Assembly: GCA_040376925.1 (NCBI GenBank)
Contig: JBEIPU010000003.1
Coordinates: forward strand, 1,798 to 65,797
Source of the DNA: Caenimonas sp.
GTDB taxonomy: Bacteria > Pseudomonadota > Gammaproteobacteria > Burkholderiales > Burkholderiaceae_C
Direction: 5' to 3'
Length of the DNA: 64,000 bases
The translations under genes were made by a program, and so were the position numbers. Under the pieces are notes generated by a model that worked only from the letters and a program-made list of their open reading frames with translations, was not told the origin of the DNA and searched no databases. The first letter of the stretch is position 1; each line of letters begins with the position of its first letter. Shown here one piece after another: positions 19,123 to 26,353 of the stretch.

Positions 19123-19950
19123 ATGACCCCACCCCGCGCCGCCAACACGCCGTACAAGCTGCCGCCGCCGCTGTTTGATGCGCGCTGCCGTGCCTGCTGG
19201 TTCACGCTGGCAATCGTCGTGCTGGTGGTGGCGAGCTTCTGGTCACTCAACCTGCAGTGGAAGCAGTTTCTGTCGCTGGACGCCGCGCGCAGCATGGGCA
19301 AGTTCCTGGGCGAATTTTTCCCGCCCGACCTGTCGCCCGCGTTCGTGACCAAGGTGGCCATCGGCGCCTGGGAAACGTTGGCCATGTCGGCGCTGGGCAC
19401 GCTGCTGGCCGTGGCCGGCGGGCTGGCGCTGGCGCTGCCGGCCAGCCGGCTGCACCAGGGCGACGCCGCCCGCACGCGTGGCGCCACGCGGCTGGTGCTG
19501 AACGCGCTGCGCAGCATCCCCGAGCTGGTGTGGGCCGCGCTGCTGCTGATCTCGGCCGGCCTGGGCCCGTTTGCCGGCACGCTGGCGCTGGCGCTGCACA
19601 CCACCGGCGTGCTGGGCCGCCTGTTTGCCGAAGCCATCGAGAACGCGCCCGCGGGCCCCGGCGATGCGCTGCGCGCACAGGGCGTGGGCAATGGCCGCGT
19701 GTTCCTGTATGCCACCTTGCCGCAGGTGCTGCCGCAGCTCATGAGCTACACCCTGTACCGCTGGGAAAACAACATCCGCGCTGCCGCCGTGCTGGGCGTG
19801 GTGGGCGCGGGCGGTCTGGGCCAGCTGCTGGCCTTTCACATGGGCCTGTTCCAGATGGGCAAGACAGCCACCATCCTGGGCGCGATGCTGCTGATGGTGG
19901 TGCTGGTGGATGCATTGAGTTATGTCTGGCGTCGCGCACTCATGCGCTGA
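19123..19950 (+). CDS. PhnE-like ABC transporter permease 2
   Basis: ATG 19123, 4 nt after the permease 1 stop. Paralogous LRSIPELVWAALLL motif. Confidence 0.8.
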   Translation: MTPPRAANTPYKLPPPLFDARCRACWFTLAIVVLVVASFWSLNLQWKQFLSLDAARSMGKFLGEFFPPDLSPAFVTKVAIGAWETLAMSALGTLLAVAGGLALALPASRLHQGDAARTRGATRLVLNALRSIPELVWAALLLISAGLGPFAGTLALALHTTGVLGRLFAEAIENAPAGPGDALRAQGVGNGRVFLYATLPQVLPQLMSYTLYRWENNIRAAAVLGVVGAGGLGQLLAFHMGLFQMGKTATILGAMLLMVVLVDALSYVWRRALMR

Positions 19951-19960
19951 AAGGGTTCCC

Positions 19961-20623
19961 ATGCGTGCCTGGCTGATCCGAACTCTGATACTGGCCGGCG
20001 CCGCGCTGCTGTCGGCCTGCGGCACACCCTATGCCACCGTGCCTAACAAGGCAGGCGAGCCCGTGATGCTGCTGGGCCATGACCCGGTGGCGTACTTCAC
20101 CCAGGGCAAGCCGGTGCGCGGCACGCCGGCCAACAAGGTGAGCCTGCCTGAGCGCACCTATTACTTTGCCAGCGCCGAACACCAGCGCCTGTTCCAGGCC
20201 GACCCGGCCAGGTACGAGCCGCAGTACGGCGGCTTTTGCGCCAGCGGCGCGGCCTTTGCCATCAAGCTGGGCAGCGACCCCACGGCCTGGCAGATCTACA
20301 ACGGCCGCCTGTTCATCTTCGGCGACGCCTTGGGCCAGACCGCCTGGGCCGTGGACCCGGCCTGGAACGTGGGCCATGGCGACCGCCTGTGGCCGGGCAT
20401 ACAGGACAAGGGTTGGCGGGCTGCATCGCTTGCGGCCTACACCAGCAAGGTACCCCACTACAAAACCGGTGCACAGATCAAGGCCGAACACGAAGCCAAA
20501 AACCCCGGCCAACCCTGGCCTGCCTACAACCCGGGCGGCATGGTGACCAACCTGTTCTTGAAGCGGCCTGGCTGGCGTGCGGCTGAGGGGTTTGGGCAGC
20601 CTGCGGTGGGGTATCCGGAGTAA
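19961..20623 (+). CDS. YHS domain-containing lipoprotein (Cys form of the YHS (seleno)protein family)
   Basis: ATG 19961, 10 nt after the permease stop. Lipobox LLSAC. HDPVAYF and QYGGFCASG motifs (TGC codon). Confidence 0.7.
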   Translation: MRAWLIRTLILAGAALLSACGTPYATVPNKAGEPVMLLGHDPVAYFTQGKPVRGTPANKVSLPERTYYFASAEHQRLFQADPARYEPQYGGFCASGAAFAIKLGSDPTAWQIYNGRLFIFGDALGQTAWAVDPAWNVGHGDRLWPGIQDKGWRAASLAAYTSKVPHYKTGAQIKAEHEAKNPGQPWPAYNPGGMVTNLFLKRPGWRAAEGFGQPAVGYPE

Positions 20624-20674
20624 TTTTCTCCGGCTGACAGCGCCCGTCCCGCCGGGCGCCTCAGCCGGAGAAAA
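20624..20674. terminator. 51-nt compound palindrome filling the spacer between the convergent YHS genes
   Basis: Perfect 14-bp arms TTTTCTCCGGCTGA / TCAGCCGGAGAAAA enclosing a 7-bp inner stem GCGCCCG/CGGGCGC. There is no free U-tail on either strand. Confidence 0.55.
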
Positions 20675-20676
20675 GA

Positions 20677-21273
20677 TTACTTCCGAGCCTTCGCATCCGC
20701 AACCATCTTCGCCAGCTCTTCACCGCTTTTGTAATGCGGCACGCGCAGCACCATGCGCTTGCTGCGCTGGATGAAGCTGTTGCTGCCGCTGACTTCTTCC
20801 TTCCAGTACTTGTCGGCCATCGCAACGTTGGCTTTCTCGTCGAGCAGGAAGGCGTCCATGGAGCCGCGCCCGCCGAAGATGTACAGCTTGCCGTCCACCA
20901 TCTTCCAGGTGTCTGCGTCGCCGCCCCAGGGGATGCCGTAGACGATGCCGTTGGCGCAATAGCCGCCGTACTGGGGCAGGTACTTGGCGGGCTCCTTGTC
21001 AAACAGCGCCTTGTGTTCGGCGCTGGCAAAGCGGAAGTCCACGCCCTGGTAGCTGCTGCGGTATTGCGGGCTGCCCTGGGCGAACTTGCCCTGGGTGAAG
21101 TAGGCCACCACGTCGGCGCCCTTGAGCATCAGGCGGCCTTCGGGGTTGTCGGCCACGGCGTTCACGGGCTTGAGCGTGCCCGAGGGGTTTTGCGCGGTGA
21201 TGGCGCCGCAGCCGGCCAGGGCGGCCACCAGGATGGCAGCGCCGCCGGTGCGCAGCAGGACAGAAGAGGTCAT
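20677..21273 (-). CDS. YHS domain-containing lipoprotein, paralog 2
   Basis: Lipobox LAGC. ADVVAYF and QYGGYCANG motifs (TGC codon). ATG overlaps the ATP-grasp stop (ATGA). Confidence 0.7.
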   Translation of the reverse strand: MTSSVLLRTGGAAILVAALAGCGAITAQNPSGTLKPVNAVADNPEGRLMLKGADVVAYFTQGKFAQGSPQYRSSYQGVDFRFASAEHKALFDKEPAKYLPQYGGYCANGIVYGIPWGGDADTWKMVDGKLYIFGGRGSMDAFLLDEKANVAMADKYWKEEVSGSNSFIQRSKRMVLRVPHYKSGEELAKMVADAKARK

Positions 21274-22664
21274 GGGAAAGTCTCCGGGGTTGTAGGTTCA
21301 GTGTGACGTGGAGTGTGAGCCCTGCCGGGGCCCGGCAGTTCCCGCCCCGGTGCGTGGGCATGCAGGTCGGCATACGGCGGCGTCCAGCCCAGCAACGAGC
21401 TGGCCACCTCGCAGCGCCGGCGCAGGTCGGCCGCGTCGGCACCGCCCAGGTGCACGATGCCGTAGCGGTGGCTGCCCAGCCATTTGAAGTCGCGCGCCAC
21501 CGAGCCCGCGGTTTTGGGGAACTCCAGCAACAGCGCGTCGGGGTAGGCCTCGTGGAACACCTGGCGCTGCAAGGCCGTGGGTACCGGCGGCGCGCGCCAC
21601 GGGTCGAACAGCCGGTACACAAAGCTCGCCGCAGCGCCTGCCGTGGGCGTGCGGCGCGGCACAGCCGCCGGGTCCTGCCCGTGGGCCAGCGCAAACGCCA
21701 TGTCGTGCAGGTTGATGCCGTCCACGCGCTGGTACAGGTCCGAGAACTGCGACGCCAGGCGCGGGTTGAACTCAATCACCGTGACGCGGCCGGTGGCCGG
21801 GTCATGGAAAAACTCCATGTTGAACATGCCGTGGGTGAAGCCCACCTCGGCCAGGAAACGGCGCGCGACGTCGGCCGCGCGCGCCACCACATCCGCGGGC
21901 AGGCGGGTGGGGTAGTCAAACCGCATGAACGATTCCGTGCCCGGGTACATCTGGATGTCCACACACCCCAGCAGGTGCATCTGGCCGCCCTGCACATAGC
22001 CGTCCAGGCAGTACTGCGGCGCGTCCACCACGGCTTCGGTCATCAGGCTGTGGGCCGTGCCGGCCTCGGGCAGGCGCTTGGCCACGACGCGTTCAAACGG
22101 CTCGACCAGGTGGCGGATGACCCACAGCTCCCAGGCACCAAAACGGGTGTGGGCATGAAGTTCGTCGTGGCTCTTCACGGTGCGCGCCAGCACCGAAAAG
22201 GCCGCCTTCACCGGCTTGACGAACAGCGGGTAGGCCAGGCCCTGTGGCACCGGGCCGCCGTATTTCGCATCAAGCCGTGCAAACGGCGGGTTGGCGTCGG
22301 GGCAGATGCGCTGCAGCACCTCGCGCGCGTACAGCTTGTGCTGGCAGGCCAGCACGGCCTTGACCGGCGTGCCGGGCCAGCCCATGCGCTCGGCCAGCAG
22401 CGCGGCGGCCAGCGCGCCAAACTGCTCGTGGTTGGACACCACGGCCTTCAGGCCCATGCGCCGGGCGCGGCGCGCCCACAGCGCCACAAAGCGGTCCATG
22501 TCAAACCAGGCCAGCCGTGCGTTGCTGGGAAAGCTGAACAGGTCAAAGCCTGCGCTGATGTGCGGCCAGCGCTGCGCCAGCCGGGCAAATTCGCGCTGGT
22601 CCCAGTCGTAGTTGAACAGGACCAGCGTGGCGGGGTGGTGGGAGTGCATGGGGGGCTTACGCAT
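21270..22664 (-). CDS. ATP-grasp domain protein
   Basis: ATG 22664 (1-nt overlap with the upstream stop) or ATG 22649. ATP-grasp core YPLFVKPVKAAFS ... VIEFNPRLASQF. Confidence 0.7.
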   Translation of the reverse strand: MRKPPMHSHHPATLVLFNYDWDQREFARLAQRWPHISAGFDLFSFPSNARLAWFDMDRFVALWARRARRMGLKAVVSNHEQFGALAAALLAERMGWPGTPVKAVLACQHKLYAREVLQRICPDANPPFARLDAKYGGPVPQGLAYPLFVKPVKAAFSVLARTVKSHDELHAHTRFGAWELWVIRHLVEPFERVVAKRLPEAGTAHSLMTEAVVDAPQYCLDGYVQGGQMHLLGCVDIQMYPGTESFMRFDYPTRLPADVVARAADVARRFLAEVGFTHGMFNMEFFHDPATGRVTVIEFNPRLASQFSDLYQRVDGINLHDMAFALAHGQDPAAVPRRTPTAGAAASFVYRLFDPWRAPPVPTALQRQVFHEAYPDALLLEFPKTAGSVARDFKWLGSHRYGIVHLGGADAADLRRRCEVASSLLGWTPPYADLHAHAPGRELPGPGRAHTPRHTEPTTPETFP

Positions 22665-23392
22665 CAGGGGGCGAGCTGGATGTCGGCGATCCAGGCCAGG
22701 CTGCGCGCGCCGGTGTTGTCGGCGTCGGCGCCTACCGCCACCGCCTGCAACGGGGGCAGGGTGGGGCTTTCGCTGCCGAACAGGCGGGCAAAGTCGGCCT
22801 GGAGGTTGCGCTGGTGGCTGCGCCACTGGCCGGTCGGGCTGGCGGCGCCGTCCAGCACCAGGTAGCGCACCCGGGCTGAATACGCATTGGGCAGCACGGT
22901 GCCCTGCGCCAGGGTCACGTCCCACACATAGCAGACGGTGGCAGCCGGCAGGGGCTCGCCCGACACGGCGCGTGCCAGGCGCAGCAGGCTGCGCTCCACG
23001 AACGGCACGCGGTCCAGCGGCATGTCAAACATCAGGCAGACCTTGAGCGCGGCGTCATCAGCGTCCTTGCGGCGCAGGTCGGCCCCTGCCACGGGCTGGT
23101 CCAGCCGCCAGCGCCAGCGCAGCGTGGCCTCGCGGCCGGCCAGCCAGCCGTTCAGGTCGTGCACCAGGCTGGCGTACGACGCGTCGGCACGCAGTCGCAG
23201 CGCGGGCGCGCCGTCCAGCGTGGCGATGTCCATGGCAGTGAGCGGCGCCTTGTTGTTTGGCAGGCCCACGGTGCGCCACGCTGCCGCTGCCAGCGGTGCC
23301 AGCAGCGGCCCATGCTGCGCGGGCTGGGCCAGCGCGCTAGCGGCCCAGATCGTTAAGAGACCAGTCGTAGTCCAGGTGCGTGATCGGAACAT
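22664..23392 (-). CDS. DUF3047 domain protein, secreted
   Basis: Signal peptide MFRSRTWTTTGLLTIWAASALAQP. DDAALKVCLMFD and CYVWD motifs recalled for DUF3047. Confidence 0.65.
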   Translation of the reverse strand: MFRSRTWTTTGLLTIWAASALAQPAQHGPLLAPLAAAAWRTVGLPNNKAPLTAMDIATLDGAPALRLRADASYASLVHDLNGWLAGREATLRWRWRLDQPVAGADLRRKDADDAALKVCLMFDMPLDRVPFVERSLLRLARAVSGEPLPAATVCYVWDVTLAQGTVLPNAYSARVRYLVLDGAASPTGQWRSHQRNLQADFARLFGSESPTLPPLQAVAVGADADNTGARSLAWIADIQLAP

Positions 23393-24155
23393 TGCGGGCC
23401 CTGATTTTCTCGCGGTCGGCCGGTGCGTCGGCCAATTGGTCGGCGTAGCGTGCCATCACGTCTTCCAGCTTGTTGAAACCCTTGTGGCCTTTTTCAAAGT
23501 CTTCGCGGAACCACTTGAAGATCATGTTGACCTGCAGCTTGCCGTCGGCATAGCGGTTGCGGGTGCGGTCGCCCATGAAGCGCAGCATGCCGTCGTCCAG
23601 CTGCGCGTCCAGCCTGGCCGCCACAAAGGCCTCGGGCCGCAGCGCCGGGCAGCCGATGCTGGCGCAGTTGACGGCGGCGTGCACGCGTGGCTCGCTGTAC
23701 CGGGGGCGCAGCTGCTCGTGCTCGATCCAGTCCAGGTGGCGCGGCTCGCCCAGCAGGGTGAAGAACTTGTTCTTCCACGGCGACTGCAGCAGCGAGCCCA
23801 GGTCCTTGATCGACTTGAGGCCGGGGTATTTGGTCAGGATCAGCTCCACGGTGAAGCCGTTGTAGGCGTTGATCAGGAACGCCATCTGCTGCTCGCGCGG
23901 CAGCGCGGCAAACTGCGCGGGCGTCACGGCCGACCATTCGGCCAGCACGGCCTTGAGCGCGGCGCGGTCGGCGGCAAAGCCCTTGTAGTCCACGCGCGAC
24001 TGCTTGTTGTCGGGCAGCCATTTCACATGCTTTTTGAGCAGGGCGTCCCAGGCGGCGTAGCCGGTGTCCAGCGCGGCGGCCGGGGCCCAGGCCGCGGGCG
24101 CGGCTGCAGCGAGCGCGCCGGTGGCGATGAGGTGCAGGGCGGTGCGGCGCTTCAT
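23337..24155 (-). CDS. DUF547 domain protein, secreted
   Basis: ATG 24155 gives signal peptide MKRRTALHLIATGALAAAAPAAWA. ATG 24194 would overlap the upstream stop (ATGA). FLINAYNGFT and HAAVNCASIGCPAL motifs. Confidence 0.7.
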   Translation of the reverse strand: MKRRTALHLIATGALAAAAPAAWAPAAALDTGYAAWDALLKKHVKWLPDNKQSRVDYKGFAADRAALKAVLAEWSAVTPAQFAALPREQQMAFLINAYNGFTVELILTKYPGLKSIKDLGSLLQSPWKNKFFTLLGEPRHLDWIEHEQLRPRYSEPRVHAAVNCASIGCPALRPEAFVAARLDAQLDDGMLRFMGDRTRNRYADGKLQVNMIFKWFREDFEKGHKGFNKLEDVMARYADQLADAPADREKIRARNVPITHLDYDWSLNDLGR

Positions 24156-24190
24156 GGTGTCGGCCTTGCGGAGTTGGAGTGGGTGGGCGT

Positions 24191-26353
24191 TCATCTGCGC
24201 TTCCAGTCGTGGTATTTGCGCACCCATTGCAGCAGCTGGTGCGGCTGGTGTGCGCGCTTCCATTCACCGGCGGCGTATTTGTTGGCCTCTGACAGCGTGG
24301 GGTAGGTGTGGATGGTGCCCAGCATCTTGTTCAGGCCCAGGCCGTGTTTCATGGCCAGCACGTATTCAGCCAGCAGGTCGCCTGCGTGCGTGCCCACGAT
24401 GGTCACGCCCAGGATGGTGTCCTTGCCCGGCATGGTCAGCACCTTCACAAAGCCATGGGCTTCGCTGTCGGCAATCGCGCGGTCCAGGTCGTCAATGCCG
24501 TATTTCGTGACTTCATAGGCAATGTTCTTTTCCTTCGCGTCCTGCTCGTTCAGGCCCACGCGCGCGACCTCGGGGTCAATGAACGTGGCCCAGGGGATCA
24601 CGCTGTAGTCCGCCTTGAATTTCTTGAAGTCGCCAAACAGCGCATTCACCGCCGCGTACCAGGCCTGGTGCGCCGCCACATGGGTGAACTGGAACGGGCC
24701 CGCCACGTCGCCCGCCGCATAGATGTTGGGGTAGATCGTCTGCAGGTACTCGTTGGTATCCACCGTCTTCTGCGTGGGGATGCCCAGATCCTCCAGGCCG
24801 TAGCCCGTCAGGCGCGCCGTGCGGCCCACGGCGCACAGCAGCGCGTCAAAGGCAATGCGCTTTTCGGCTCCGTTGTGTTCCACCACCAGCACCTTGGTCT
24901 CACCCTCACGTTCGCAGCGCAGCGCCTTGTGGCCGGTCAGCACCTGTACGCCGTCGGCTGTGAGCGCGTCGCGCGCCAGGGCCGAGACCTCAACGTCTTC
25001 GCGGATCATGATGCGCGCGGCCATCTCCACCTGTGTGACCTGCGAGCCCAGCCGCGCGAAGCTTTGCGCCAGCTCGCAGCCGATCGGCCCGCCGCCCAGC
25101 ACCACCAGGCGCTGGGGGATGTCGTCCAGCTGGGCAAAGGTGCTCCACAGCGTGTCACTGGTCACGTAGCCCACGTCCTGAAGCCCCGGCAGCGGCGGCA
25201 CAAAGGGGCGGGCGCCGGCGGCAATGACGATGTTGCGCGTGGTCACCACCTGTTTGCCGCCGCCGTTCAGCGCCACCTCCACCGTCCAGGGGTTGATGAT
25301 CTTGGCGTAGCCCTGCAGCACCTCCACGCCCAGACTGGTGTAGCGCTCCACGCTGTCGTGCGGCTCGATCGCGGCGATCACGTCGTGGATGCGCTGCATC
25401 ACCGCGCGGAAGCTGAAGGTGGGTGCGGCGTCGTTCAGACCGTAGCGGTGAGCGTGGCGCATCTGGTGCGCCAGCTTGGCGCTCTTGATCAGTGCCTTGC
25501 TGGGCACGCAGCCGTAGTTCAGGCAGTCGCCGCCCATCTTGTGGGCTTCCACCAGCGTGACCCTGGCCTTGACCGCCGCGGCAATGTAGGCCGACACCAG
25601 CCCGCCCGCGCCCGCGCCGATCACCACCAGGTTGCGGTCAAATGTCTTGGGCCGCACTGCGCGCCAGCGCGCATAGACCTTGCGCTTTTGCACGGCCTCA
25701 ACAAGCTTGCGCGCCACCAGCGGAAAGATGCCCAGCAGCACAAAAGAACCCAGCAGCCCCGGCGACAGGATGCCGCGCAGCGATTCAATCTGCGCCAGCT
25801 GCGTGCCCGCGTTCACAAACACCGCCGTGCCCGCCAGCATGCCCAGCTGGCTGACCCAGTAAAACGTCCAGGCCCGCATCTGGGTCAGGCCCATCACCAG
25901 GTTGATCACAAAAAACGGCACAACCGGGATCAGCCGCAGCGTGAACAGGTAAAACGCGCCGTCTTTCTGCACGCCGCGGTTGATTTCGGCCAGCCGGTTG
26001 CCAAAGCGTGCCTCGATGCTGTCGCGCAACACAAACCGCGCCACCAGGAACGCCAGCGTCGCGCCCGCGCTGGACGCAAAAGACACGACCAGCAGCCCCC
26101 AGCCCAGGCCAAAGATCGCGCCGCCGGCCAGCGTAAGGATGGTGGCGCCGGGCAGTGACAACGCCGTGGCCGCGACATAGATCAGGAAATAAGTGCCGGC
26201 CACCAGCAGCGGCCGTGTCTGCACCAGCGCGGCAAACTGCGACTGGCTCTGCTTGAGGTAGTCCAGGCTCAGGAACCGGCCCAGGTCCAGCGCGAAAAAG
26301 GCGGCAACCGCCGCCACGACCAGCACGACAAGGACGATTTTTTTGGTGTTCAT
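24191..26353 (-). CDS. TVP38/TMEM64 membrane domain fused to class-I pyridine nucleotide-disulfide oxidoreductase
   Basis: N-terminal polytopic domain (DGAFYLFTLRLIPVVPFFVINLVMG). Then VVIGAGAGG, redox CLNYGCVPSK, second Rossmann VVLGGGPIGCE, and HTYPTLSE in the dimerisation domain. Confidence 0.85.
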   Translation of the reverse strand: MNTKKIVLVVLVVAAVAAFFALDLGRFLSLDYLKQSQSQFAALVQTRPLLVAGTYFLIYVAATALSLPGATILTLAGGAIFGLGWGLLVVSFASSAGATLAFLVARFVLRDSIEARFGNRLAEINRGVQKDGAFYLFTLRLIPVVPFFVINLVMGLTQMRAWTFYWVSQLGMLAGTAVFVNAGTQLAQIESLRGILSPGLLGSFVLLGIFPLVARKLVEAVQKRKVYARWRAVRPKTFDRNLVVIGAGAGGLVSAYIAAAVKARVTLVEAHKMGGDCLNYGCVPSKALIKSAKLAHQMRHAHRYGLNDAAPTFSFRAVMQRIHDVIAAIEPHDSVERYTSLGVEVLQGYAKIINPWTVEVALNGGGKQVVTTRNIVIAAGARPFVPPLPGLQDVGYVTSDTLWSTFAQLDDIPQRLVVLGGGPIGCELAQSFARLGSQVTQVEMAARIMIREDVEVSALARDALTADGVQVLTGHKALRCEREGETKVLVVEHNGAEKRIAFDALLCAVGRTARLTGYGLEDLGIPTQKTVDTNEYLQTIYPNIYAAGDVAGPFQFTHVAAHQAWYAAVNALFGDFKKFKADYSVIPWATFIDPEVARVGLNEQDAKEKNIAYEVTKYGIDDLDRAIADSEAHGFVKVLTMPGKDTILGVTIVGTHAGDLLAEYVLAMKHGLGLNKMLGTIHTYPTLSEANKYAAGEWKRAHQPHQLLQWVRKYHDWKRR

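Noticed and set aside
19961-21273. Possible selenocysteine (in-frame TGA) recoding in the YHS-family genes.
   Set aside because: Both GG-x-C positions are TGC codons and neither ORF contains an in-frame TGA. No SECIS-like hairpin is needed, and no selA/selB/selC genes are in the window.
24191-26353. Calling the TVP38-fused flavoprotein a mercuric reductase (MerA).
   Set aside because: It has no C-terminal Cys-Cys pair, no N-terminal HMA domain, and no merR/merT/merP nearby. Only the generic class-I disulfide reductase motifs are present.
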